DNA from: an uncultured Bacillales bacterium
GTDB taxonomy: Bacteria; Bacillota_I; Bacilli_A; RF39; UBA660
Length of the DNA: 64,000 nt
NCBI GenBank assembly: GCA_946412015.1
Contig: CAMKGA010000004.1
Location: 3,858-67,857 of the forward strand
Reading direction: 5' to 3'
Part shown: piece after piece, positions 28,680-38,830 of the stretch
Numbering within the stretch: position 1 is the first letter of the stretch
Layout: the number at the start of each line of letters is the position of its first letter
The notes under the pieces: model-generated
Told to the model about the DNA's origin: nothing
Seen by the model: only the letters and a program-made list of their open reading frames with translations
Databases searched by the model: none
Made by a program: the position numbers and the translations under genes

Positions 28680-29804
28680 ATGAGTATTATTGATAATATG
28701 AATAAATTTGAAAAGAATTTGTCTAAATATGCTTGTAAAAATAGTGATGCAATAAGAATAAGAAAAGAGGAAAATGATATTAGGCCTCCGTTTTTTAGAG
28801 ATATAGATAGAATTATATATTCACTTTCATATACAAGATATTTAGACAAAACGCAAGTGTTTAGTAATAATGAGAATACTAATATTAGTAAGCGTATGAC
28901 TCACGTACAACTTGTAAGTAAGATTGCAAGAACAATAGGTAGAGCTCTTAATTTAAATGAAGATTTAATTGAAGCTGCTTCCTTGGGACATGATTTAGGA
29001 CATGTTCCTTATGGACATGTGGGAGAGGCTATATTAAATAAAATTAGCTTAGAAAATAATGAAGGATTTTTTAATCATAATATTCAGAGCGTAAGAACAC
29101 TTATGAATATTGAAAATAAAGGACAAGGAAGAAATATGACTGTTCAAGTGTTAGATGCAATTATGTGTCATAATGGTGAGATACCATTAGGCTTATATGA
29201 ACCTAAAAAAAAGAGTGTTGATGAATTTATTAAAGAATATGAAGATTCATATAAAGATAAAAGTATTATTTCTAAAATGCGCCCAATGACATTAGAAGGG
29301 TGCGTTGTTAGAATTAGTGATATAGTAGGCTATATTGGAAGAGATATAGAAGATGCACTAAGAGTAGGTGTAATAAGTAGAGATAAAATTCCTAAGCATA
29401 TTACTAAATACTTAGGTAGAAATAATAGGGAACTTGTTAATAATGTTATATTGGATATAATTAATAATAGTTATAATAAACATTATATAACTATGTCTAG
29501 TGAAATATATAAAGCTATTGTTGATTTAAAAAAATTTAATTATGAAAATATATATTTAAAAGCAAATTCCAAAGAGCAAATTAAAAATTATGAAAAGATG
29601 TTTAGACTTCTTTTTAATACATATCTTAATGATTTAAATAATAATAATTTAGATTCGCCAATTTATAGTGTATACTTAGATTATAAGAATAAAAATTATC
29701 ATAAAAATACGAATGCAAGAATGGTGATTGATTTTATTGCTGGCATGACAGATGATTATTTTAATCGTGAATATAAAAGAATTAGAAATGTGAAAAATAT
29801 GTGA
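28680..29804 (+). CDS. HD-domain dGTP triphosphohydrolase-like protein (Dgt family)
   Basis: The HD motif THVQLVSKIARTIGRAL...LGHDLGHVPYGHVGE matches dGTPase-type HD phosphohydrolases; RBS gggagg. Confidence 0.7.
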   Translation: MSIIDNMNKFEKNLSKYACKNSDAIRIRKEENDIRPPFFRDIDRIIYSLSYTRYLDKTQVFSNNENTNISKRMTHVQLVSKIARTIGRALNLNEDLIEAASLGHDLGHVPYGHVGEAILNKISLENNEGFFNHNIQSVRTLMNIENKGQGRNMTVQVLDAIMCHNGEIPLGLYEPKKKSVDEFIKEYEDSYKDKSIISKMRPMTLEGCVVRISDIVGYIGRDIEDALRVGVISRDKIPKHITKYLGRNNRELVNNVILDIINNSYNKHYITMSSEIYKAIVDLKKFNYENIYLKANSKEQIKNYEKMFRLLFNTYLNDLNNNNLDSPIYSVYLDYKNKNYHKNTNARMVIDFIAGMTDDYFNREYKRIRNVKNM

Positions 29805-29852
29805 ATTTGTTTACACATAATATATAATTTGTTATAATTAAGCTGTGATACT

Positions 29853-31739
29853 ATGAGAAAGAAAAATAAAACAAGAAAAAGAAAAATAAGTTTTTTTAAA
29901 ATATTAGCATTATTATTAATGATTGCTTCAATATTTATTTCATATATTTTATATAAGGTAAATATACTTCCTAATAAATATTATTATGCAATTGTTATAG
30001 CTTTAGGATTTATAAACATTTTATTTTCTTCATTTTTAATGCGGAGAAAAGCTAAAAAAGGATTAAGGATATTTATAAGTTTTTTATCAATTATTGTAAT
30101 AGGTATTATTTGTTTTGCATCTTATTATATATTGCATACATTAGGATTTTTATCAAAGATTAAGAATGTAAATTATAAATTAGAAAATTATTCAGTGATT
30201 GTACTTAAAGATAGTAAGTATGAAAAAATAGAAGATATTGATTCGCTTGATGTTGGATATTATAGTAATTCTAATGGAGCTGCTGATGCAAATAAAAAGA
30301 TTTTAAAGAAAGTAGATGTAACATTTAAAAAATATAATGATTCTACATCAATTGCATCTGATTTACTTAATGATAAGATAAAAGTAATTGTAATTGAAGA
30401 TTCTATTTTGTCTATGATAAAAGAGGAAAACATTGATTTTGATTCTAAGACAAAAGTAATATATAAGTTCTCTATTAAAATTAAATCGAAAGCTAAGGCA
30501 AAAGATGTAGATGTAACATCTAAACCATTTACAATTTATGTAAGTGGAATTGATACATATGGAAAAATTTCTTCTGTATCTAGAAGTGATGTAAATATGC
30601 TTATAACAGTAAACCCAGAAACAAAACAGGTTTTACTTACAAGTATTCCTAGAGATTATTATGTTCAGTTACATGGAGTTAGAGGAAATAAAGATAAGTT
30701 AACACATGCTGGGATGTATGGTGTTGATATGTCAATTTCAACTATTGAAGATTTACTTGATGTAGAAATAAATTATTATGTTAAGGTTAATTTTACTTCA
30801 TTAATTGATATTGTAAATGCACTTGATGGAATAACTGTTTATTCTGATTATACATTTACATCCATTGATGGAATGCATTATACACAGGGTAATAATTTAA
30901 TGAATGGAGAGCAGGCATTATCGTTTGCCCGTGAAAGGAAAGCATTTGCAGCAGGAGATAGACAACGTGGTAAAGATCAACAGGCAGTAATTTCAGCTAT
31001 TATAAAAAAAGTATGTAGTAAAAAAATAATAACAAAATATAGTTCTTTATTGAAATCGCTTGAAGGAAAATTTCAGACAAATATGAGTCAAAATAAAATT
31101 ACATCTCTTTTAAAGATGCAGCTTAATGATATGGCAAGTTGGAATGTATCTACTTATAATTTAGAGGGAGTAGATAGCAGGGAATATACATATAGTGGAG
31201 GTAATTTACAACTTTATGTAATGTTACCTGTAACAGGGTCACTAGAACAAGCAAAAAATTTAATTGATGATGTAATTGCAGGTAAAACATTATCTTCATC
31301 TTATACATATGATGGACCGATAAATACTGTAACTACTACAAAGACAAATGAAAATGTTAATCAAGAAAAGAAGGAAAAAGAAGAAAATAAAGAAGAAAAG
31401 AAAGAAGAAAAAAATGAAATAAAAAAAGATACAAAGGAATATGAATATCCTAAGTGTAAAAATCCTGAAAATGGCATTTGTTTAATTGAAACAGATGATG
31501 TAGAAGTAGAGGAAGCTGTATGTGAGGGAGAATTAATTGATGAAGATGGCATTAAAAAGTGTAGTGAAGAATTAACTTGTCCTAAAGATTATACTTTAAG
31601 TAATGGAAAATGTATAAAAAATAGTATTGAGAAAGTTTCAGTATGTAAGGATAATTATCATTATGAAAAGGCTGGAATGGTATGTTGCCCTGATAATTAT
31701 TCATATGATTCTAATTTAAAAGCTTGTGTTGCTAATTAG
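29853..31739 (+). CDS. LytR-CpsA-Psr (LCP) family cell-wall glycopolymer transferase with K/E-rich linker and Cys-rich C-terminal extension
   Basis: N-terminal TM helices and the LCP catalytic domain (…ITVNPETKQVLLTSIPRDYYV…). The last ~140 aa are an EKKEKEENKEEKK low-complexity segment plus ~10 cysteines. Confidence 0.8.
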   Translation: MRKKNKTRKRKISFFKILALLLMIASIFISYILYKVNILPNKYYYAIVIALGFINILFSSFLMRRKAKKGLRIFISFLSIIVIGIICFASYYILHTLGFLSKIKNVNYKLENYSVIVLKDSKYEKIEDIDSLDVGYYSNSNGAADANKKILKKVDVTFKKYNDSTSIASDLLNDKIKVIVIEDSILSMIKEENIDFDSKTKVIYKFSIKIKSKAKAKDVDVTSKPFTIYVSGIDTYGKISSVSRSDVNMLITVNPETKQVLLTSIPRDYYVQLHGVRGNKDKLTHAGMYGVDMSISTIEDLLDVEINYYVKVNFTSLIDIVNALDGITVYSDYTFTSIDGMHYTQGNNLMNGEQALSFARERKAFAAGDRQRGKDQQAVISAIIKKVCSKKIITKYSSLLKSLEGKFQTNMSQNKITSLLKMQLNDMASWNVSTYNLEGVDSREYTYSGGNLQLYVMLPVTGSLEQAKNLIDDVIAGKTLSSSYTYDGPINTVTTTKTNENVNQEKKEKEENKEEKKEEKNEIKKDTKEYEYPKCKNPENGICLIETDDVEVEEAVCEGELIDEDGIKKCSEELTCPKDYTLSNGKCIKNSIEKVSVCKDNYHYEKAGMVCCPDNYSYDSNLKACVAN

Positions 31740-31762
31740 CCACAAGCTTTTATTTTGTTTTG
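31718..31762. terminator. bidirectional terminator between LCP gene and cotJC
   Basis: Hairpin aaagcttgtg-ttgctaattagc-cacaagcttt overlapping both stop codons, with a T-run downstream. Confidence 0.45.
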
Positions 31763-32325
31763 TAACTTTTACCATATTTTTCTAAATAATAATCTCTTAA
31801 TTCTTTAAATCTTTGGTAGTGAACTACTTCTCTTTGTCTTAAAAATGAAAGTGGAGCAAGTAAATCTGGATCATTAGTTAGATTCATTAAATATTCATAT
31901 GTTGCACGTGCTCTTTGTTCTGCTGCCATATCACTTTCTAAATCTGCTCTATAGTCTCCTTTAGTTTCAATATATGCACTACTAAATGGTACACCGTTTG
32001 CATTTAATGGAAATATTGCGTGATCGCTATATACATAATTTGGAGTAAGACCTGCATTTTCTAATTCCTTAGTAGTTGCACCTTTCATAAGTTGAGTAAC
32101 CATTGTTGCAATCATTTCAACGTGAGCAAGCTCTTCTGTTCCTATATCATTTAAAAGTGCAAATCCTTTTTCATCTGGCATAGAATACCTTTGATTTAAA
32201 TATCTCATAGCTGCTGCATATTCACCATCCGCACCGCCATATTGATCTAGTAGTAATTTTGCCATCTTTAAATCTTTGTTTTTTATATTAACTGGATATT
32301 CCAGTTTTTTTTCATATATCCACAT
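31750..32325 (-). CDS. cotJC: spore coat protein CotJC (manganese-catalase family)
   Basis: 191 aa with a ferritin-like di-metal motif (EELAHVEMI...), typical CotJC length. Follows cotJB. Confidence 0.85.
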   Translation of the reverse strand: MWIYEKKLEYPVNIKNKDLKMAKLLLDQYGGADGEYAAAMRYLNQRYSMPDEKGFALLNDIGTEELAHVEMIATMVTQLMKGATTKELENAGLTPNYVYSDHAIFPLNANGVPFSSAYIETKGDYRADLESDMAAEQRARATYEYLMNLTNDPDLLAPLSFLRQREVVHYQRFKELRDYYLEKYGKSYKTK

Positions 32326-32333
32326 ATTTACCT

Positions 32334-32744
32334 CTAATTATTATCCCATGGCCATGGCCTTTCATTCCAAGCCCACGGATATGCATTTAATGCATCACTA
32401 TCAAGTGTTAATGGACCAAATTTTTCTTGATATTTATCCATTAAACTGTTTTTTTGTCTATTATATTTATTAAATAAATTAATAATATCTTTATTATTTG
32501 GAAATACATCTAAATAAAGTCCTAAATCAATACAAGCAAAACATAAAGCATCAATATAAGTTAACATTTCAGCTTGTTCATTCATTGGTTTTATTTCATA
32601 TGGAGAGCTAATTTTATAAGGGTCATATAATTCTTTATACATATTTCCTCTAATAAATCCCTCATATGGGTCATATAAATCTATGTTTTGTTTATTAATA
32701 TCTTTATTAAAAAATTTATTATCTATATCAAAATAGTTATTCAT
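32334..32744 (-). CDS. cotJB: spore coat protein CotJB
   Basis: CotJB-like core (LYLDVFP...) and the characteristic C-terminal W.W...PWPW; immediately upstream of cotJC. Confidence 0.65.
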   Translation of the reverse strand: MNNYFDIDNKFFNKDINKQNIDLYDPYEGFIRGNMYKELYDPYKISSPYEIKPMNEQAEMLTYIDALCFACIDLGLYLDVFPNNKDIINLFNKYNRQKNSLMDKYQEKFGPLTLDSDALNAYPWAWNERPWPWDNN

Positions 32745-32871
32745 AACATCCTCCTCGTTTTATAATATGTTACTAGTTAATATGTGTATAGGCTTTTATT
32801 ATAATTAAAGTATTAATTTTTTATTGTAAAAATAAATAAAATATGTATATAATAAGTACATTGGAGGTATT

Positions 32872-33528
32872 ATGATTGGTATTATTGTTGCAATGGATGA
32901 AGAATTAGATGCATTATTAAAAATATTTAAATTAAATAAAGAAAATGAATTATATGGTATAAAATTTTTAGAAGGAAATATTAATAATAGAGATGTTGTT
33001 ATAGTAAAATGTGGAATAGGCAAGGTTAATGCTTCTCGTACTGCACAAATTTTAATTGATAATTATAAACTAGATTATGTTATTAATGTTGGTGTTGCAG
33101 GAGGCTTGAAGGATACTAAAATTGGTGATTTAATAGTTGCAGAAAGGCTAGTTCAACATGATTTTGATTTAACTAAATTTAATCACGAACTAGGTTATAT
33201 TCCTGATATTGGAGTATATATTGAAGCATCGAAAAAGTTAGTTAATGAATGTGTTAAATTTGGAATAAAAAAAGGTGTAATTGCATCCGGTGATATATTT
33301 GTAACAGATATAGATTATTCTAGAATGTTAGAAAATAAATTTGATTGTGATGCAGTAGAAATGGAAGGTGCTGCTATCGCACAAGTATGTTACTTATCCG
33401 ACATTGATTTTATAGTTGTTAGAAGCATATCAGATAACCCTAATAGTAATAATCAAATGGACTTTTTACAATTTTTAACATCTTCATCTGAAAAAATAGC
33501 TAATTTTATAAGTAAATTAGTAAAATAA
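32872..33528 (+). CDS. mtnN: 5'-methylthioadenosine/S-adenosylhomocysteine nucleosidase
   Basis: MIGIIVAMDEEL N-terminus and overall PNP/UDP-1 fold pattern, 218 aa. Confidence 0.85.
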   Translation: MIGIIVAMDEELDALLKIFKLNKENELYGIKFLEGNINNRDVVIVKCGIGKVNASRTAQILIDNYKLDYVINVGVAGGLKDTKIGDLIVAERLVQHDFDLTKFNHELGYIPDIGVYIEASKKLVNECVKFGIKKGVIASGDIFVTDIDYSRMLENKFDCDAVEMEGAAIAQVCYLSDIDFIVVRSISDNPNSNNQMDFLQFLTSSSEKIANFISKLVK

Positions 33529-33716
33529 TGTAAATAAAAAATAAATATATATAATTATTTATTTTTTTGTGTTAAAATTTAAATATGAAAATGTACATTA
33601 TATTAATTGTTATTTTATAATAAACTATTGTGCAAACTATGATTATCATCCAAATAAGATTGGTAATGAGTTAATAGTTAAGAAAATTATAGGCCAAATA
33701 GACAATTATATAAGAG

Positions 33717-34910
33717 GTGATAATAGTGCAAGAAAAGAAAATTTTAGAAATACAAAATGAAGAAAATAACAGATTAGCTGGTATATTTAGTAATCTTGGA
33801 ATAAAAAATGTTATTATGACCAGTCTTGGAAATTCTATTGGAGCAGGCTATTCAATGACTAGAAAAATAAAACCTTTGTTAATGAGAAATGAAAGTTTAG
33901 ATATTTTATTAAATAAACATAATATTAAGTTAGAAAGACATAGTTTTGCTCGTGCTCAAAATAATGGTGACGAGCATATATATGATTGGCTTATTTCTAA
34001 TATAAAAGAATCAGAAATGAATAATATGGTAAGAAGAGACTATAGTGGTGGTGTTACTTCTATGGTTTCACCTGGTATAACTGATGATGAAATTAATGAG
34101 TATTATCCTTTAAAAGTTGATGATGATAAAGGATTAAATGATATTATTACTAAAGATGATGAAAATTTAGCTAATATAGTTATATACAATGGTTGTACAG
34201 GATCATTTTTAGACAACGTAACAAGGGGAGGAAAAATAAAAAATAAACTTGTTTATGGTGTGAAAAGGGATTTAAAATCATTAGAAGCAATTTTAAAATA
34301 TATTCATAATCAAAATCGTATTAGTGGAAAAAATACTCAAGTTTATTTGTGTGGAGCACCTAATTGGTTAGGAATTCATTTAACTGATATTTTGAATAGA
34401 AAACTAAAACAAATTGCAAAGGAGTATGCTAATGTAACCTATGTAGATAGTGTTCCATCTAAGTTTTTTTATAAAAAGATTAGAGATGATGAAATTACTG
34501 ATGCATCTTTAGCACAATCAATGTTAAGCAGTATTCCACTGCCTGATCCACATTATGATGAAGGGGAATACTTAAAGTTTAATAATAATATTATTGAAGC
34601 TATAAATAATAATTATGTTTTAAAGCAAGCTTTAATAAATATTGATAGAAATTTATATAGAGCAAGTTTATTTATAGAAAAAGAAGGAAAAAGTGAATTT
34701 AGGGAGGAAGAATTTCAAAAGCAAATAATCAAGACTGCTATTGAAAATGAGATTCTATTAATTGAAAAAAGCAATATTCCTTCTAGTTCATTGAGTACGA
34801 TAAAAAAACAAATAATTAATTATGTTATTAATAGATTTCCTTATGATTTTTATTATCTGGGTAAAAAAAATATAAAATCAGTTATAAACGATGAATTTAT
34901 AACAAAATAA
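33717..34910 (+). CDS. hypothetical protein (possible SGNH/GDSL-like hydrolase fold with GNS variant)
   Basis: VIMTSLGNSIGAG near the N-terminus and DPHY near the C-terminus loosely resemble SGNH blocks I and V; otherwise unassigned. The start could be GTG 33717 or 33726. Confidence 0.25.
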   Translation: MIIVQEKKILEIQNEENNRLAGIFSNLGIKNVIMTSLGNSIGAGYSMTRKIKPLLMRNESLDILLNKHNIKLERHSFARAQNNGDEHIYDWLISNIKESEMNNMVRRDYSGGVTSMVSPGITDDEINEYYPLKVDDDKGLNDIITKDDENLANIVIYNGCTGSFLDNVTRGGKIKNKLVYGVKRDLKSLEAILKYIHNQNRISGKNTQVYLCGAPNWLGIHLTDILNRKLKQIAKEYANVTYVDSVPSKFFYKKIRDDEITDASLAQSMLSSIPLPDPHYDEGEYLKFNNNIIEAINNNYVLKQALINIDRNLYRASLFIEKEGKSEFREEEFQKQIIKTAIENEILLIEKSNIPSSSLSTIKKQIINYVINRFPYDFYYLGKKNIKSVINDEFITK

Positions 34911-34920
34911 AGGAGTAATT

Positions 34921-35139
34921 ATGAATTATGGAAAAATAGTTGAATTTGATGGTAATACAGGGAGTATAATTGACTTAAATGGTGATAATTATCTACTTTT
35001 AAGTCATGAATTAAAAGATAAAAAATTAAATTTAAATGATTATGTAATATTTAAAGCTGAAGAGTTTAAAACACCGGAGATAAATGAAAATGTAGCTCGA
35101 TTTGTAAAGAAGTTAAAAAAAGAAAACTTGTCTAAATAA
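34921..35139 (+). CDS. small hypothetical protein (72 aa)
   Basis: ORF only; RBS aaggag upstream. Confidence 0.25.
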   Translation: MNYGKIVEFDGNTGSIIDLNGDNYLLLSHELKDKKLNLNDYVIFKAEEFKTPEINENVARFVKKLKKENLSK

Positions 35140-35202
35140 ATATTAATTATATACTATCTACTATTTTTAATAAATGATTAATTTGACAAGTTATATACAA
35201 GA

Positions 35203-35231
35203 TGGTAACATGAATCTATACTTAATTTTAA
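35203..35231 (+). promoter_or_regulatory. sigma-A-like promoter TTGACA-N17-TAACAT
   Basis: ttgacaagttatatacaagatggtaacat upstream of 35246. Same architecture as the pnuC promoter at 37710..37738. Confidence 0.4.
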
Positions 35232-35245
35232 ATTGAGGTGGATTT

Positions 35246-35860
35246 GTGAAGTTTAATAAGAAGTTTGGAATAATACTAACTATTCTTGATGTTATTGTAA
35301 TAGTTTTAGTTTTAGTAATAAAAGGTAACACAAAGGTAGATGTTAAGGCTAAAGATACGCTTGCAGCAGCCAATGTTTTAGTTGATAGTGAAGATGCTTT
35401 AGATGATTATAAAAATAGTGAAATACAAGAATATATTGATTCAAGACCTGTTATTGTATATGACAATATGACTATTGAAGAGTTGTCTATGAAATTAGAT
35501 AGAGTATTACATTCAACTATGTCTGGTAAAGGTAATTTAATCGCAACTTATGCTTTAGAGGTTGGTGTAGATCCTTATCTTGCAACTGCGATTATTCTGC
35601 TTGAAACAGGATGTAATTCATCTTGTAGTAGAATGGTAAACACTTGTTATAATGTTGGTGGAATGAAAGGATCTGGTTGTGGAGCTTATGCTTCTTTCCC
35701 ATCACTTGATGATGGAATTAAAGCGTTTATAGATAATTTAAATAGAAATTATTATAGTTATGGTCTAACTACTCCTGAGACTATGGGACCTAAGTATGCT
35801 GAATCTAAGGAATGGCCAATGAAAGTTAATAATTATATAAATAAAATAAAAAATGCATAA
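35246..35860 (+). CDS. membrane-anchored glucosaminidase-domain protein (FlgJ/LytD-like muramidase/glucosaminidase)
   Basis: N-terminal TM followed by the glucosaminidase-family core (…YALEVGVDPYLATAIILLETG…NVGGMKG…). GTG start with RBS gaggtgg. Confidence 0.55.
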   Translation: MKFNKKFGIILTILDVIVIVLVLVIKGNTKVDVKAKDTLAAANVLVDSEDALDDYKNSEIQEYIDSRPVIVYDNMTIEELSMKLDRVLHSTMSGKGNLIATYALEVGVDPYLATAIILLETGCNSSCSRMVNTCYNVGGMKGSGCGAYASFPSLDDGIKAFIDNLNRNYYSYGLTTPETMGPKYAESKEWPMKVNNYINKIKNA

Positions 35861-35933
35861 CTAAAGTTATGTTTTTTTATAAAAAAATGTGTATAAATAA
35901 TAAATATTTAATCAAAATAATAGTGGAGGAAAA

Positions 35934-36488
35934 ATGAAAAAGATATTTATTATTATACTTACTTTAATTATAATTAGTGGATGTAGTTTAAATATTAATG
36001 ATATAGATAATACTCCTATAAAAAAAGTGGAAAGTTATTTAAATAATTATCAAAAATTAACCGATGATGTATTAAATGATTTGAATTTGGTTGTAGAAAA
36101 GGAGCAATTATTCAATAGCAATCAAAAAAGCATGTATAAAGATATAATGAAAAAGAACTTTCAGAATATGGTATATTCAATAAAAGACGAAACTGTCAAC
36201 GGTGATAATGCAATGGTAGAAGTTGAAATTACAGTATATGATTACTATAAAGTAATTAAATTTAGTGATAATTATTTAAATAATAATATGAATGAATTTA
36301 CCAATAAAGACAACACAATAAATTTAGAAAAATTTACAGATTATAAATTAGATAAAATGAAAAATAATACTGATAAAGTTAAATATACTATTTATTTTAA
36401 TTTAACAAAAGATGAAAATAATAAATGGATAGTAGATGAATTAAGTGAACTTGATGAAGAAAAAATATTAGGAATTTATGAATATTAA
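35934..36488 (+). CDS. putative lipoprotein, unknown function
   Basis: Signal peptide with lipobox IISGCSL. Confidence 0.4.
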   Translation: MKKIFIIILTLIIISGCSLNINDIDNTPIKKVESYLNNYQKLTDDVLNDLNLVVEKEQLFNSNQKSMYKDIMKKNFQNMVYSIKDETVNGDNAMVEVEITVYDYYKVIKFSDNYLNNNMNEFTNKDNTINLEKFTDYKLDKMKNNTDKVKYTIYFNLTKDENNKWIVDELSELDEEKILGIYEY

Positions 36489-36544
36489 AGAACTATTTTG
36501 TTCTTTTTTTTCTTATAATATGTTATACTTGATATGGTGATAAC

Positions 36545-37468
36545 ATGAGAAAAGTATTTAGAACATTAGATGAACAAATTGAAATATTAAAAAATAGGGG
36601 ACTAATTATTTTTGATGTAGAAAAAGCAAAAAATATTTTGCTTAGGGAGAATTATTTCTTCTTAAGTGGATATAGACATTTTTTTGAATCTTCAAAAGAT
36701 AAGTTTATAAAGGGTACAACATTTGAAGAATTACATGGTATGTTTATATTTGACAGAAAAATGCGTAATATATTTTTTAAAAATTTGTTGGTAATTGAGA
36801 ATAACTTAAAATCAATAATTAGTTATCAGTTATCGCAAAACTATGGTATTAATGAAAAAGAGTATTTATTGCCTAAAAATTATACAAATGATCCTATGGA
36901 TGTTAGACAAGTTCATGATGTGCTTAATAAAATTAGTAGACAAATTAAAATTAATGGATCTAAACATACTGCAACTTACCATTATATAACTAATTATGGT
37001 TATGTTCCTATGTGGATTCTTGTTAAGGTTTTATCATTTGGATTAGTATCAGAATATTATGATATATTAAAGACTAAAGATCAAAAAATGATATCTGATT
37101 TATATAATTTAGATCCAATAACGTTCTCAACATATTTGCACATTTTATCTAATTATAGAAATTTATGCGCTCACGAGGATATTTTATATGAACATAAGAC
37201 ACAAAGATCAATACCTGATACTGTTTATCACAGTTTGTTAAAAATTGAGAAAAAAGACGATGAGTATATTTATGGAAAAGATGATATGTTTGCAGTAATT
37301 ATTATATTTAAACAGATGCTGACAACTGATGAATTTAGAGACATGATGAATGAAATAAGTTATGAATTTGATATTTTAGATGGTAAAACAAATATTATTC
37401 CAACTAATAAATTACTAAATAAAATAGGATTTCCAGATAATTGGAGAGATATTGTAGATATGAATTAG
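36545..37468 (+). CDS. Abi_2 family abortive-infection protein (second paralog)
   Basis: 307 aa; same family pattern as 21041..21907 (…EQIEILKNRGL…FFLSGYRHFF…LVIENNLKSII…). Confidence 0.7.
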   Translation: MRKVFRTLDEQIEILKNRGLIIFDVEKAKNILLRENYFFLSGYRHFFESSKDKFIKGTTFEELHGMFIFDRKMRNIFFKNLLVIENNLKSIISYQLSQNYGINEKEYLLPKNYTNDPMDVRQVHDVLNKISRQIKINGSKHTATYHYITNYGYVPMWILVKVLSFGLVSEYYDILKTKDQKMISDLYNLDPITFSTYLHILSNYRNLCAHEDILYEHKTQRSIPDTVYHSLLKIEKKDDEYIYGKDDMFAVIIIFKQMLTTDEFRDMMNEISYEFDILDGKTNIIPTNKLLNKIGFPDNWRDIVDMN

Positions 37469-37532
37469 TTACTATAGATTATTAATTATTTTATCGTAAA
37501 ATAATTAATGATTAATACCTTAAATGCAATGC

Positions 37533-37631
37533 AAAAGGTAATATAATTGAATATTTGTCAACAGAAAGTAAATTGTAATTATATTTTTATTAATTAAGAA
37601 AAAGTGTAAATATTATATTGTACACTTTTTT
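37533..37631 (+). repeat. ~100-bp intergenic repeat element, copy 1 (ends in terminator-like hairpin + T-run)
   Basis: ~85% identical to 41554..41653. Shared blocks are aaaggtaaYataattgaatatttgtcaa … ttatatttttat … aagtgtaaataYtatRttgtacactttttt. Confidence 0.6.
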
Positions 37632-37709
37632 ATTTGAATTTACTATTCTATAAAGTTTATACTTATGATATAAAATCTTATACATATGGTAAAAAGTACC
37701 ATAAACATA

Positions 37710-37738
37710 TTGACAATGTATTACATATGGTGTAACAT
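37710..37738 (+). promoter_or_regulatory. sigma-A-like promoter TTGACA-N17-TAACAT upstream of pnuC, embedded in palindromic candidate operators
   Basis: ttgacaatgtattacatatggtgtaacat. Flanking inverted repeats are atggta-N5-taccat and ttacatat-N13-tatatgtaa. Confidence 0.4.
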
Positions 37739-37762
37739 ACTATATGTAAGAGGTGATTATTT

Positions 37763-38314
37763 ATGTTTTTTGAAATAGGAGCTACAGTATTTGGTTTAAT
37801 TCAAGGGGTGTTGGTAATGCTCAATAAAAGGAGTAACTGGATATTTTATATTTTACAGATGATATTTTTAATAATATTTTCTGCTTTAAATCACTTGTAT
37901 GGAGATATAGCTAATAATAGTATTTACTTAGTTATGGGGGTAATAGGATTTATACTTTGGAATAATAGCAAAGAATCAAATAAAATAACTAAAGCAAGTA
38001 CAAAGGAAAGAATAATTTATATTTTGTTAATTGCTTTAGGAACAATTATTTTAAGTACAGTTCTTAAAAAAACAAATGATCCGTTGCCGGTACTTGATTC
38101 ATTTACAACAATATCTAGTTTAATTGCAACTTTTTATATGATGAAGAAAAAAATTGATACTTGGATAATTTGGTTTGTTAATGATATTTTCTATGCTGTA
38201 GAATATTTTATTCTTCCCAATCAAGCATTATACTTATTTGCACTAAATATCATTTGGACATTTATGGCAATTGGATCTTATATAAATTGGAATAAAATTA
38301 TGAAAGGACAATAA
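37763..38314 (+). CDS. pnuC: PnuC-family nicotinamide riboside/nucleoside transporter
   Basis: ~7 TM helices, 183 aa, PnuC-like W-rich motifs (…WNN…, WIIWFVND). Confidence 0.6.
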   Translation: MFFEIGATVFGLIQGVLVMLNKRSNWIFYILQMIFLIIFSALNHLYGDIANNSIYLVMGVIGFILWNNSKESNKITKASTKERIIYILLIALGTIILSTVLKKTNDPLPVLDSFTTISSLIATFYMMKKKIDTWIIWFVNDIFYAVEYFILPNQALYLFALNIIWTFMAIGSYINWNKIMKGQ

Positions 38315-38319
38315 TAAAT

Positions 38320-38829
38320 ATGATTAAACTATTTTATTCAGGAACATATAAAGTTAGACATGAAATGATTAATGAAAAAAATGTATTAGAAATGTTAAAA
38401 GACGATATGAGAAGTAAAATTGTTGGAAATGTTAAAGATACCGTTTATGCATCTGATGGTGTAATTATTGAAAAAAATAAAAATGTTATGTATATTGGTG
38501 GATTCTACTACGAAAAACAAGATAAAAATAAAACGGTTTGTGAAAATGTAGTAAGTGAAGAATTAAATCAAATAGATAGGTGCGATTTAGTTGTTGCTAA
38601 TCTAACTAATTATTCAGCAATTGCTTCAGTAACAGAAATTATATATGCTGCATTTAAGCAAAAGAAAATAGTTTTATTTTGTGATCCAAAAATGACAAGT
38701 TATAAAGTAGAAGGAGAATATTGGTTTCCAATATTAACTTGTAAACAATTAAATAAAAATATAGAAATAAAATTTATAAATAATGAAGAAGAAATAATAA
38801 ATTACATAAATGAATTAGGTGAGATTTAA
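38320..38829 (+). CDS. nucleoside 2-deoxyribosyltransferase-like protein
   Basis: YIGGFYY and CDLVVANLT...EIIYAAFKQKKIVLF resemble the NDT family YFGAGWF and D..G.E..YA blocks. Confidence 0.35.
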   Translation: MIKLFYSGTYKVRHEMINEKNVLEMLKDDMRSKIVGNVKDTVYASDGVIIEKNKNVMYIGGFYYEKQDKNKTVCENVVSEELNQIDRCDLVVANLTNYSAIASVTEIIYAAFKQKKIVLFCDPKMTSYKVEGEYWFPILTCKQLNKNIEIKFINNEEEIINYINELGEI

Positions 38830-38830
38830 A

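Noticed and set aside
32805-33023. 72-aa minus-strand ORF upstream of cotJB, considered as cotJA
   Set aside because: It overlaps the mtnN start on the opposite strand and has no CotJA-like sequence; probably spurious.
33569-33760. 63-aa ORF upstream of 33717 gene
   Set aside because: It overlaps the probable promoter/RBS region of the next gene and has no supporting features.
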